Shown piece by piece: positions 53,701-64,000 of a stretch of 64,000 nucleotides of DNA. Below the pieces are notes generated by a model. It was not told the DNA's origin, did not search any database, and was given only the letters and a program-made list of their open reading frames with translations. Each line of letters begins with the position of its first letter. Position 1 is the first letter of the stretch. The position numbers and the translations under genes were made by a program. The stretch comes from Phoronis australis (Eukaryota > Animalia > Phoronida), in NCBI GenBank assembly GCA_002633005.1, contig NMRA01000233.1, positions 434,001 to 498,000 of the forward strand, given 5' to 3'.

Positions 53701-56596
53701 ATTTTTTCATAAATGATGAGTGGCATCGTTCGCTTTCATCATTTTTCAAGTTCTGTATACCATAAGAAATTGGCAACAATGGTAGAAACCACTGAAACAT
53801 TAAAAAAAGCAAATTTTAAGGATCGTTTTTGTTCGAAGCGTAATCACCAAAGTGTTCCGTCAGGTTCAGTTCTGTCCATTTCTGCAGAGCTTCACCAAAG
53901 AAGGTGTCACTGTCCTCTGGTGCTGTACTTCGACGTTCAACGCGCCTGATGACGTCGACGTTCACAGCTGCAATCCTCTCAGAGAATGATTGGAACTACA
54001 ATAAACAAAGCAAGACAAAATAACGCTAGACGCTGCAAGTGTATGACAGTGCAAGACGTTGAACCACAACACTTTAATACTAATGATGGCAAAATGTTGT
54101 GCTATTATGCAATTCTTTTCAATTCAGGTTTAAAAAACATGTGTGAGACTATATGTGAGTGAAAATAGAGAGAACGATACAAAACTGATCTTTCAGTTTA
54201 AACCTTAAAGTAGAATTCAACTTGCACTTTTTATCAGAAATCAGTGGTCTCAAATTGTTCCTTAATCCGAGGAATGATTTCCGGGCCATTGAAGAACCGA
54301 CTCTTTGTTATTTCTTCAAACTAAGCTCATGCAATTTCAGGTCACATCGTGAGTATTTTTATGTAAATAGAACAACAATGGATCAACTGAAATTCTCGGA
54401 TATAATCACATCCTTTGTCAACGGAAACAGAAATGAAGTAAAATCAAACACAAATGACATCTCATATTTGGCATAATGACCTTGATAGATTGTTGCACAA
54501 AGGATATAATCACAAAGGATGTGATTATATTTGAAAATTTCAGTTGATCCGCTATCGTTGTTTTATATACATATATATATTCTACATTTCATCAAACAAT
54601 AGTATCCTTAAGAGGATCTGGATCACCTCATTAAGTTTCAGATTTATTTGAAACGTGAAAGGCACAAAACAAGACCAATTATATAATGGTAAGTGGCCTA
54701 AATCACGACAGTAAACACAGGTTTAATGACGCTTTAATTGTAAATTGTATTTTTGATGATGTGAACGGGTTGCCAAAAATCTGCTATTTCATCTACTGGC
54801 ATTTAATATAACATGATTTTTAAAGGTGTATCACAGACTAAATGCGTAGAGAAGATGCATTACCCGTTTCTAGATTTGACAAATTGACTGAACTCTGTGC
54901 CACAAGCTTATTTCAAAAGAATCTGTCTTTTGTTGCAGTTTTGAAAACCCGCATTTAATGAGGTCCAAAGTTTCAGACAAGCATAGTGAGGACACATGAA
55001 CAACCTGTTTTTACAGCACACGTGTAGATTAACAGGTTTTCTTATGTCCTAAAACAAAATAATGTCTTGGTGCATTCTGAAACCAGTCGCCACAACAACA
55101 ATCGCCACAGTATCAGGTTTTCCGTGCGCAACTTTTGCTAACCACATGACTCTAAGTAGTTAAAGAGCATCCGCATATACCACGCCCACTCTCATCCAGA
55201 GACTAAATTGGTGTCAGAATTTAGGTCAGTGTGATGCATTGGTCATGATCTTCTGTGTTACAAAGAATTTCTGTGTATGAAAAGTACATTCCCTTGACAC
55301 AGCAGTGTATGATTAGATAGGAAATTTCACTCATAAGTTTTATAAAACTACCTGAAAAGCAGGCAACAAACGAGTTTTAAAAACAATTACTTAAAATGAT
55401 GGCTACGTTCTTAATATTGTCGGCTGTCGGTCAGATAGATCAACCATCAGTTATATCAGAAATAAATAAATTATTGAACAAACAGTGCTTTCTTAGCAGT
55501 TTTCAATATTCTGTTTGCCTTGCGACACTGACAGGACCACAGACTGTACTACATAGACCGCCAATTTTGTATACTCTCAATGTACTAAATCTTTGATCGT
55601 ACGCACAAGCTGTGACGGCACCTATTGTACATCATCTGCTAATCATGGTAATTTTCTGTCTGGTCGGTTGCTCGACCACGCAAGCAAAATGTAAAGGCCT
55701 GAGCTTCCACAAGGTCCACAGACCTCTAAACAAACTTTGGAGCAGCAAACTAGTCACATGCGTCTCAAGGAAAGACAAATTTTTCAATAGGAAAATGGTG
55801 TTTATTTGTACTTGGCCTTTCTCAGGATACATGTTTCACAGGAGGCTTTGGGCCAAATACTACTTAATTCTGTCTTCAGATATCCTGTGTTTTTTACTTC
55901 TTTTTGATGACGTCATATCTCCTTTGCATGCAGTGTAAAAATGGCCAATTGCCAATTTGGGCAATGAACAAAGGACTGCTTGAAAAAAGTTGGAATAGGA
56001 GAGTGTATGTTTGATTTGGAAGAAATTAAAGACATCGACGGTCTCCAAAAGTGTCCCTCTATGACTATGTGCAAAACGTACTTTAGCAATGCGACTTTGA
56101 AGGTTAATAAATGTAGGCCATAATTTGTCGAAAAGCTTCCGGCGTACAACGGGCCGCCTATCGATCAGAGCATCACCATCTCTCCTGCGGCACTGGTTGG
56201 ATATAACAGTCCCTGTCTCCCTCACATTTTGAGAACAAGGTAACTATAGTCTATACTGAATAATTAATGGGTCCCTTATTCAATGGATGAACCTGGTTCT
56301 CAAAATCAGGGACTACTATATCCAACCAGTGTCCACTCCTGCTAAGTAGAGTCGCTGGACTGTCTAAACAGATCGAAATAACCTCCCAGTCCTAGTCTTC
56401 ATACAGCCAGCTGGCTGGCTAGGCCATGGCATGAATGATGAAGGCTCAGTCGCTCAGCTTGCCACCGGTTTTTCAGGTCTAAATATATCCGTTTTTAACA
56501 AAAGTGTTCATTGTAAAACAGATCAATAAGCCATATTTACAAATCACTCACTACAAATGTATTTTCATTCTTGTGGTGCGAAGATTTAGTCTTCAT
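5452..56596 (-). CDS. UTP20: Small subunit processome component 20 homolog (HEAT-repeat protein), ~2727 aa, 55 coding exons
   Basis: The N-terminus [33 protein letters not shown]...[12 protein letters not shown]...[14 protein letters not shown]...[14 protein letters not shown] and C-terminus [32 protein letters not shown]...LQDFAIVE* match UTP20 as I recall it. Exons in transcription order: 56552-56596, 53848-53995, 52868-52929, 52323-52393, 51094-51288, 50578-50662, 50218-50277, 48827-49066, 46746-46901, 46123-46335, 45716-45900, 44612-44826, 43419-43527, 42941-43091, 42160-42225, 41109-41258, 40229-40385, 38396-38642, 37741-37947, 37216-37392, 36811-36936, 36140-36385, 35643-35838, 33759-33836, 33123-33202, 32313-32533, 31775-31916, 31215-31379, 29490-29613, 28223-28378, 26785-26931, 26090-26227, 25305-25576, 24971-25059, 24262-24482, 23583-23722, 23124-23280, 22608-22706, 21617-21784, 20870-21036, 20342-20489, 19776-19892, 18791-18961, 18013-18144, 17405-17515, 16468-16617, 15631-15813, 12639-12770, 11560-11695, 11060-11232, 10001-10072, 8881-9048, 7686-7812, 7173-7318, 5452-5598 (duplicate copy 4826-4972). 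Total 8184 nt with all intron phases consistent. Confidence 0.96.
5716..5880 (+). repeat. Interspersed repeat beginning CAGGGCTT (DNA-transposon-like end); second copy at ~33981-34140
   Basis: The two loci share colinear blocks: cagggcttg..atgacc, caaataggc, tgtgttg.aaaatttaactg, atgaataaa.tcaaaataatgat.aaaagagg. Confidence 0.7.
8085..8424. mobile_element. Foldback/MITE-like element with ~75-bp near-perfect inverted repeat
   Basis: 8158-8232 and 8348-8424 are reverse complements. A related copy with the same internal inverted repeat lies at ~54360-54650. Confidence 0.75.
10185..10516. mobile_element. Poly-G-containing non-autonomous element spanning an assembly gap (N ~10225-10386)
   Basis: It begins CAGGGGTGGATCCAGGATTTT followed by a G-run and ends with GGCCCCCTTGGCCCCCCTTAAATC, a degenerate inverted terminus. 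G homopolymers flank the N gap. Confidence 0.5.
11213..14749. repeat. Apparent tandem duplication (11213-12978 / 12980-14749) covering UTP20 exons 48-49; probable haplotype-overlap artefact
   Basis: ~1.77-kb copies are joined by a single N at 12979. The duplicate exons 14410-14541 and 13329-13464 encode identical peptides, and the second copy truncates exon 50 at the N. Confidence 0.9.
11690..11980. repeat. Local degenerate ~120-bp tandem repeat that copies the exon-49 splice acceptor
   Basis: acacctgaaa(c/t)acaccaca occurs at 11692 and 11811, and the block gctagaggc..ggaaattatgaat..cag..ttctttag..ctatcc..ttattagtta occurs twice. Confidence 0.8.
15190..15270 (+). mobile_element. tRNA-derived SINE head (family B)
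   Basis: A-box TGGCTCAGTG at 15200-15209 and B-box GGTTCAAATCC at ~15242-15252. It has no clean cloverleaf. Confidence 0.6.
21014..21275. repeat. Minisatellite of 58-63-bp units (~4.5 clear copies, decaying to ~21490) overlapping the 5' end of UTP20 exon 40
   Basis: The unit tgactgtgggtggagtctagagcctaggg...aattggttacaaataatattaca starts at 21014, 21072, 21133, 21195 and 21258. Confidence 0.92.
24593..24727 (+). mobile_element. Truncated fragment of the HINE family (last monomer plus GACG tail)
   Basis: cactagggggcac..gtagtcg..gtctgaaa..aaatttca..agatt..gagaaacagcagcggacgcc aligns by eye to 30905-31040 and 35285-35430. Confidence 0.75.
26589..26665. repeat. Perfect 36-bp tandem duplication (intronic)
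   Basis: atgtcattgaatgattaaactggatgaaagacggat occurs twice in tandem. Confidence 0.9.
28410..28500 (-). mobile_element. tRNA-derived SINE-like fragment (family A, second copy)
   Basis: B-box remnant GTTCGATTCC on - (28435-28444). The segment is colinear with 868-960. Confidence 0.55.
29896..31115 (+). mobile_element. Non-autonomous Helentron-associated element (HINE, DINE-1/pearl-like) with internal tandem array
   Basis: Subterminal inverted repeat ATGCGCCCACA (29921-29931) / TGTGGGCGCAT (31100-31110), and terminal hairpin ATGCGTCCACATAT-AA-ATATGTGGGCGCAT (31081-31110). It also has a (GACG)n microsatellite at ~31028-31068, internal ~150-bp monomers and A-rich flanks. Orientation is nominal. 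Confidence 0.8.
34154..35476 (+). mobile_element. Second near-complete HINE copy (same family), 8 internal monomers
   Basis: It has the same 5' end ACAAGAGCAA..GAGCGTTGAAATGCACCCACA, the same 3' hairpin (35442-35471) followed by AAAAA, and monomers in the order C-A-B-C-A-B-C-A. Confidence 0.8.
42549..42647. repeat. Short tandem duplication (~63-bp period)
   Basis: cactgagcaaggtctcaacaaataaccaactgtca occurs twice, each copy preceded by tagtaagctctac. Confidence 0.85.
47474..47902. mobile_element. MITE with ~55-bp imperfect terminal inverted repeats starting GGGGG
   Basis: The left end GGGGGATTTCATCTG...CGTTTTTCAAATGCATTATGGGATGGTT matches the reverse complement of the right end AACTATCCCACAATGCATTTGAAAAACG...CAGATAAACCCCC. 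No TSD is evident. Confidence 0.75.
47965..48060 (+). mobile_element. tRNA-derived SINE head (related to family B)
   Basis: The start GAGGCAGTGTGGCC resembles 15190 (GGAGACAGTGTGGCT). B-box GGTTCAAGTCC at 48017-48027. Confidence 0.6.
50057..50128. repeat. Inverted repeat / hairpin with ~26-bp stem
   Basis: GTGCTCACGTTTTGAAAACCAGTTTT ... AAAACTGGTTCTCAAAACATGGGCAC. Confidence 0.75.
54360..54650. mobile_element. Foldback element of the same family as 8085-8424
   Basis: Internal inverted repeat atggatcaactgaaatt..tcctttgt / acaaagga..aatttcagttgatcc. The segment 54575-54650 is the reverse complement of 8085-8160. Confidence 0.7.
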
Positions 56597-56639
56597 TTTT
56601 ACAGTTTTAAAGTCATACAAATTTTCACATGTTCTCCTT

Positions 56640-57155
56640 GGTGGCCGCCATCTTTGTTGTAAGCATACGAGCTGACATCTGGTGGAAATTGAATAAAGAG
56701 ACCGAAAATGTCCAATCTACAGGTGTGACAAATATGAAGTAAATGGTGATATCAACGAATTCGTCCGCTATTCCGGGAAAAAACTTCTCTCCCAATTTGG
56801 GTAGAAACTTTATTATATTTCGGTGATGTCTGAGACAGAATTAAAAGGTTTTCTAGCTATGTTTTATGAAGGCTTGAATAAAAGTCAACCCTGCCAACAC
56901 CCTGACCCAAGGCAAATCACGATACGTGCAGGAGGGAATTTTGCTAAGTGTGATTTGTGTCTAAAGAAGCTGTGAATAGATTTTTTGGTGTTGCAAGTGC
57001 AGTCATCTTGTCAAAGATCGATAAATTCGATGATGATTTACGAGATATCTGATAAGTGCAAGCCCGTCAAGAATTTCAGACAGGTGGGTTTGAGAGTATA
57101 TCAACAATACTAACCAATCATAAACAAGTACCTGTTTTAAAGGAAAATGGCGAGG
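56640..57155. promoter_or_regulatory. Bidirectional promoter between UTP20 and a divergent transcript
   Basis: YY1-type motif AAGATGGCGGCC on - (56643-56654) sits just upstream of the UTP20 ATG, mirrored by AAAATGGCG on + (57144-57152). CCAAT lies at 57114-57118, DRE-like ATCGATA at ~57017, and CTCF-like CCACCAGATGTCA on - at ~56673-56685. Confidence 0.6.
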
Positions 57156-57222
57156 AGGGCTTTCTAAACTGAAGTTGTCATGTTGTGAATGCGCGAGTGT
57201 TTATTCTTTGTTAATTTCGGAG
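57140..57222 (+). other. Putative first exon (5' UTR or non-coding) of an unidentified divergent gene
   Basis: YY1/initiator-like AAAATGGCG, a 6-codon ORF (MARRAF*, 57147-57167), and a consensus donor GAG|GTAAGT at 57223 followed by GGG-rich sequence typical of first introns. I recognised no coding exon downstream in the window. Confidence 0.5.
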
Positions 57223-60200
57223 GTAAGTTTTGGAGTGGTGTATATTACGATACCATTTTAGTTTCAGACATTTATTTTACAACGACGTTGTGCCAGTGTT
57301 CTGGACAAAAGACATTGCCGTAGTTCCTTTTGAATAGGCACTGCGCCAGACTGGGATTGGGATTGCCGAATGGGAATGGGAGTAGCCCAGTTTAACAGTC
57401 CGCCAGGCTTTGACTAAAAACTACATAGGCCTACACAAGTTCCGTGTCTAGATTCACCGATTCACTGTTAAGCCTGTAGAAGTGCGTCACTGTCACCTAA
57501 CATTGTAATTGGTTGATTATATGTGTGGATTGGATATTGTACACTTACAGTTTGGTTTCGTTTGTTTACAAATTACAATTTCAAACTTTACATAGCATTA
57601 CCTAAATTTGCTTGACCTGCAAAAGTTTTCACAAATCTCAACTAGACAATACAGTGCCCTGTCCACCACTGGGCCTGTGACATGTCAGTAACTAAGAACC
57701 ATAGTGACAGACCCTGGTCAAAAAAAGCCTATTGTATGAGGCCTAGAAATAGAATATATTCCGTTGATTTGGTTATCCATTATGTAAGCGCTGTCATTAT
57801 GATATAGTGAAAGCTGGTATCTATCTAGGTGTTCCTACTATGTCAGGACCTATAGGATTATGATGAACTGTCAAACCCCAAAACTGTTATAACGTCCATC
57901 CCAAAACTGTTATAACATCCATTCTTAGCCTTTGACGTGTTACATTGTAAACATTTATCAAATGCAATATTTGTGTGGAGAATAGTTCTGGTTCCAGCAA
58001 TGATGTCATCTGTCCCTTAAGTGTCTCTTTGAACTGCTCACTTTTAGTGAGCAATTTGTGCTTTGGCTCAACTAGATAAGCCACATACACAGTCATGCTG
58101 GAGACCTGTTTTCAAGTCATAAGACCTCAACCTGCAGATTTTTCTATATTTTTGTTGGCAACATTCAATTAGATAGCTCCTTCTAAAATATGCAGTATAT
58201 ATTTCATGTTGTTGTTTTCTTAAACTTTGGGTTGGCATCAAGTTTTTCAGGAAATTCATTTGAACATAAATGCAATTTTTTATAACTAAAATCTAAAAAA
58301 GAAAAATTCAGATGTATTTTTTACAAAAATAACTTGACATTCTGCATAGCAGAAATGAGTATCTTTTGCGTGGAAAATTTGGATAACCTTAGGTGGAAAC
58401 TGTCAAAAATGTGTTCTGTGCACGTGAAAGTCATGGAAATGAAAGAAGACAAAACATGGAAATCCTGTGGACATTTATATGAAGAATCTTGCAATTTGCA
58501 GATCGTACTATGAATTAGCAAGTTTGCTTTGGGACAATCATTGGCAAAATTACTTAAAATTCTTTGTGTAAGGAAAATAGTTATGGAAACGAAAATTTAA
58601 AGTCTCAGTTTGGATAATTTGTCTAATTTCAGGACTTTTTGACATGAAATTTTAATTTTGCTCTTACTTCAATTATTTTTGTTTCAAACTGAAGAATTTT
58701 TACCATACATCCTCTAAAATAGATGGCAAACAAAAACACAAAATTGTGTGTGTAGGAATCGTAAAATGACAATTTGTGATAATTTTTATCATGCCGTGGC
58801 TACCTGTATATGGATGCAAATGTAGGATTTGCTCAATTTTTATGCCTGCATGGTTACTTCATTTTGCCTGAAAATTTCTAATGCTCATTTTTTCTTCAAA
58901 TTTGGCCCTCGGTTATCGTCCACCCCTGGTTATTAAATGTGAAGATATCCAGATATACCGTACGGTATATATAAGTTTGGTAAGTGCCTTGAGAAATCAA
59001 ATTGTAGATCACGCTCAGCTACGACCTTTCATAACCTTTCACATTTCATACAGAAAGGCTATGTAAGAATCGTGGGTGCTTTTGAAGATTCATGCTTTCA
59101 AGCATAAACCCAACTTAAGTGGTGTTTTAATTTTTAGAATATTTAATGTACATCATGAAGAATGAGAAGATTAATATCTTCGTTCAACGTCTTGAAGCGT
59201 CAAGTTCTAGTGCATGGAGGAAAATGGGTCATAAGCTGTAACTTTATGCTTGAAACACAAAAATGACTAATCGCAACAGATTCACGACTGATGTTTCACT
59301 GCCAATCTACGTGTGTGAACCCTGTGAGTTTTCCCTATGAAATCCCATAAAATCTTCAACACGTATCATGTGCTCAAGAAACCGGCCAATCATGATTTCC
59401 AATTATGCCAGCGTGTTATCTTTTTCTGGTGGAAATAATAATTTCTCAGTCTCAGGATGCTCGTTTGTCTTTTTATCCAATTAACTTAATCAATGTTTTG
59501 CTCTCGACTTTGAGAGTTGAGCGTGTGGAGTGGAACTGTAATCAATGAGCGGCAGTTAACTGCAATTGATCGTGCCGAGTTGAAGTCACGAGGTTTCGGA
59601 AGTAGCTCTCGATTTTATTTGTTTCTCGTTGACTTTCCTTTGACCATCTGGCTTGTCGTGTTGACTCAGTGGCTTGTGTCACTTCCTGGGTTTCATCGCA
59701 GGTATTCATGGGTAAGATAATGTAATTGAATGATTTCAAGGTCCTGTATATTTCAGAGGTAAGGAATAGCTTGTTGCCTGAAGCAGATCTCAAACGCACA
59801 GTTTTTATTGAGAGACGTACATTTCTCCTGTTGGGCCCAATAAAATCTCGCCAATTTCAAACAAAAATAATTGCCAAATGACACTTTCTCTGTTTTTCAG
59901 GGGCTTAGAACTAACGTTGCTGCTAATGATCACAGTTTTTCAAATTGTCGTCTGTTTGGTAACTGTGGAACTTGAATGTAACAAAGTATCATTTACAAAA
60001 AATATGAGAAAAAATTTCACCCGTCTGCCATATTGCGCCCTAAATTGAGTTTACCGTATAATAATCTTGATTCCGTGGGCCATTATGAATGTTCAAGAGG
60101 TGCCGTGGTAGTTCTTTGGTCTTTTGAGCAGCACGTTAGTGGCAGGTCAGTTTGCTCGAAAACAAACAATTGTCATGAAAACTCGACTTCATTCTCTTGA

Positions 60201-61698
60201 TGTAACAATCCGGGTGTTTACTAAAAACGACTTGGTGTGAAAACTTTCAGAGTGATTTGTTGCGAATGAGATAACTTAAGAACAATATGAGCATTTTAGC
60301 AATAAATTGTTTTTCATAATTTTTTTACAGTATCTGATCATTTAAATGTGTCTTGAAATGAATACAAATGAGTAGTCTCACCTATCATAGTATTGGTAAA
60401 TTCCTGTCATTTTAATGAAGTAATTGACCTTGTTAAAAATCAGGATTTAGTACAACCCAATTTCTAATTAAACATGCTCTGGCTTTGTTGTAATTTCAAT
60501 GCCTACTAGATTTTTCCTATACCTACCCAATAGTAAACATTTATCTGTTGTCCCGTTTCATTGTTCAGACTCCTTCAAGCAGTTCAATTGGTTTACACAC
60601 ACTGAGTTGTCCAAAAGCTTTTTATCCAACCATCTCAGGGGTCAGTTGAGTTGAAAAAAGGTACATTATTCAAGTCTGCTAGGTCCTTCAATGAAGCAAA
60701 CGTTTCATGAATAGATCAGTTACATTCTTTTTCTCCCGTTTTTAAATTCTGTGCCTTTTCAAAAGCATTCTTGTCAGTGGAATTTCAATGTCAGTTTTAT
60801 TTATACATAGTGTACCAGTTGAGGTTCAAGAATAAAAGTAATGCATGTATTTATAGCGCTATTAAGTGACTTTAGTTGTTGTGGCCTATGGGTTTTAAAT
60901 GGGTTTTCAGAATGTATTCTCAGGAGTGAATCTACCTGCCAAAGAATGGTTTTAGCACATGTGCCATTTTGCCTACCCTGGGAACATAAAGCTTGGTAAA
61001 TGCTCAACAAGTAAACAAGTAATGAGAAACCTATCTGATACTGAGCTTATAACCTTGTTTCAATTTCTTTGCAAATTTGATAGCCGTATCAAAATTCATT
61101 GACTAAACTTATCAAGTCTGTTGTATATCATTGGTGTCCAGGTTTCAATTGGCCAATTTAAGGTAACAGGCAGACAGGTAGGCTATGCGTGGACAAATCA
61201 CTTAGAAGGTTTTTGGAAAGAAGTGGGTTGACTGTTTCTTGTCCAGTTGCTTTTTCATACACCGCCATTAAATACTTGAGAAATGCTAGTGTTTTTCTTA
61301 TCATTTTTTCACTGGTAGCAGCTTTGCCGTTGACATGAACGATTACGTGGGCCTCATTTGGCGTTTTGGCTAGCACTTTTGTAGTGAGATGCTGTGCTTC
61401 AAAGGATACTCATGCACTCTGATGGATAGAGGGCTTTGTTTATTGTTGCATCAATCATCCATTGGTTTGACATCAATTTTCTGCATTTCAGACTGTGAGG
61501 GAATGAAATAATTATTGCTGAATATTACCCTAATATGGACAGAATATCTGTCTGGCTAAAATGTTAGCGTTTTTGTCAAATACTGAAAAACTGCCAATGA
61601 TGGGATCCTAAGTGTATAGGGCTTCTCAAGTGGGAATGGGATGGTGAGATTCAAATCTTGTCTGACTGAAATTTGTTGACAAGCAGAAAGTTACCTAA

Positions 61699-61992
61699 GG
61701 CACCCAAACATTTACGAGTTCTGCACAAACCTGCTCTTGCGAGTGTGTAGTCCAAGAAATGGACAGTATAAATTTAAATTTAAATTTACCAACCTGCGGA
61801 TGTAACCATTTAGACAATTTATCCCGAGCAGATTACAATAACTTAAACGTACTGAAGCTCGAAACATGATCTAAACTCTCAAATTCGTAGGTTGGTAAAC
61901 ACGAAATTTTAAACTGTGGGCTCCTGTTTTTTGGACTGCACTCTAGAAAGTGCTGGTTGGTGTACTATTGTGCAAGCAAATGTTTGGGTGCC
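61699..61992. mobile_element. MITE, PIF/Harbinger-like, with long imperfect TIRs
   Basis: Termini GGCACCCAAACATTT / AAATGTTTGGGTGCC, plus further inverted blocks AGTCCAAGAAA/TTTTTTGGACT and TTTACCAACCT/AGGTTGGTAAA. The flanks TAA / TTG resemble a decayed 3-bp TWA target site. Confidence 0.75.
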
Positions 61993-64000
61993 TTGTTATC
62001 TAGGGTATTGAAATGGGTATTGTATATTGGGGAAGGGGGTATAGATAGCAATGACCTGAAGAAAGAAAATTCATGGTTGAGTAATGTGCATATTACATAA
62101 CAAAGAGGTAACTAGGTATTGATCTACTAGTAGTTTTCTTTTCCAGGTCTTAGGCACTGAAATGGGTTTTCTTTTAGCCCCCCCCCACTCTGGAAATTGG
62201 ACTATGATAACACTTCTAGAACAAGCAATGTCTTTTCACGTGTTTCACTGTATTCATAACCAGACCGAGTTTGTGATGTATCGTAATTATTTCTTGGTCA
62301 TTGTGTCTTTTTGCCTATATGATATTCAATATATCCCATTTTATTGGTAATGTATTCATGAATACCGAAGTGTTCAGTGAACTTACATGAACACTCCATT
62401 TATCGTAGTATTTCTTAAGTTATGTTGTTACACACTCTCACAAGCATTGTGGGATAACTGTCCTCCATTGAATGACTTTAAGGGCCGATATTGATCTGAT
62501 CAGACACACAGATGTGTGGTCATAATATAGCTAGCTGAGTCCTGTATCAAGTAGTCAAGTAAACAAAATGGTGTGTAACTTCATGATCACTGTATTGGTT
62601 GTTACTCAGGTGAGTCGAGTGTGCGGTGTTAGTCAGTTTAATGAAGTCATTAATTGATATTCAATGACTGGACTAGACAGGTCTGTGATTTTTGTTATCA
62701 GTAGCACGATAACTGTGGAATGTCTTAATACGTACTCATTCTCGGAATCTATACAAGCCAGTATTTAGATGAAAGGGACAACTTTGGCCAAAACATGTCT
62801 CAAATGTGATACCGATACACTAGTTCTTAGGTTGCTTTTTTCATTACTTCGATCACTTCCTTGGTGTGACAGGATCTGCTGACTGTTTTCCTTTGAATGG
62901 ATGTTTGCAGTGGACATGCCCTCTTTTAAAGCCGTGTTTGGTACAATCCTGTGTCGTACTACACATGTATGACTTGGCCAATCCAACTCTGTTGGGACTA
63001 GTGACACTTTGCACAAAAACACTTTGATAGGGTTTTTTTTTTAAGTTGGATATGAAAAATGGGTACCACAAGATGAAAAATCTCCCGATAACGATTATTT
63101 GTTTGTTGGTCATGATTGTGCGCCCTTGGAGCTGTGTGTGTGACCTGGATTTTAGAATTGTGTGCTCTTAATGCCATGCTATCATGGTCGCATTCGCGCA
63201 TAAATTTGTCACACGAACAAAATGTCAGGATTCAGCAACTAGATCAAGTGGGGTCATCACTCATACATGTACTCGCGGAAACGCTCATTATTGCATCATG
63301 CGACTGATTTTACCTTTTGAATGAAAGTCGTTGCGTGACTTTCAAATTTTAGGCGCGGGTACTAAAATCGATTTTCCGAAGACTTTTGGGCCGGTTGATT
63401 GTTTTTATGTCCCTCTAACTTCTAAGTATCACAAAGCAAATCCCATCGTGACTAGGAAAAAAGCAAGACCAGTTTGGTAGTTTGAGTATTTGGCATAATT
63501 TGCCTTTCGTTAATCAAGTCACCTATAAACAGGATAAATTTTGCAGCTTTACTGTATGTGCATAGGCATATCACAGATACTGTCTTGTAAGGTCTGGTTG
63601 GTAGGTAATAAAAAATTAAAGCAATTAAAAAGATAAGAAATCTTTTCATGTTGTTAGGCTTTTGTGATGTTCCTTTTACCTAGCGAAAGAGACTCAGATA
63701 CCAGGTGATGAGATTGAGAGGTGGGCTGTTGATTGGACAGTTTCTAAATGAAATCCTCATAGTTAAAGATTGCAATTTGGGGCAAAGTCATTGAAAAATG
63801 TGCTGATCTTTCCAAGGAATGAAGATGATTCTAGCAGTCTCACCTTGTGCATGTACCTTTCAGGTTCATGAAAACTTAATAACTGTAAGAGGAGATTCAT
63901 GATTCATGCAGTAAGTCTAAAAAAAACTAGACATACTTTGGCAGAATACTTTCTGACTAAATCATACTTGGACTTATTTCTTGCCAGAATTATTTGGCAG

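Noticed and set aside
57290-57400. Two hairpins ending in ACA as an H/ACA snoRNA
   Set aside because: There is no ANANNA hinge box, and the GGG-rich sequence is typical of the region just after a first donor.
59901-59957. Open 57-nt AG/GT-bounded segment as a coding exon of the divergent gene
   Set aside because: It sits in a repeat remnant whose end (cgtctgccatattg..cctaaattg, ~60020-60058) recurs at ~38165-38205, and no homology is recognisable.

Overview
This is AT-rich, intron-rich eukaryotic DNA, probably from a marine invertebrate (inferred from repeat types and gene architecture). It holds two complete, convergent protein-coding genes. The first is a 5-exon Fe(II)/2-oxoglutarate dioxygenase of the phytanoyl-CoA dioxygenase (PhyH) family on + (684-3637, 264 aa). 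The second is UTP20, an SSU processome HEAT-repeat protein, on - (ATG 56596 to stop 5452). I rebuilt UTP20 by hand as 55 phase-consistent exons encoding ~2727 aa, with one intron that needs a non-canonical donor (GC favoured). A ~0.5 kb bidirectional promoter probably drives an unidentified divergent transcript starting near 57.14 kb. Two apparent tandem duplications inside UTP20 are each joined by a single N and look like haplotype overlaps from assembly. The introns carry tRNA-derived SINEs, MITEs and Helentron-type (HINE) elements whose ~150-bp monomers form a trimeric higher-order repeat, most monomers carrying a CTCF-like motif. Two intronic tandem repeats copy a real splice acceptor, and one of them creates a haplotype-specific 16-nt cryptic exon. 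Most short ORFs in the supplied track are exon fragments or noise. I found no prokaryotic-type system.
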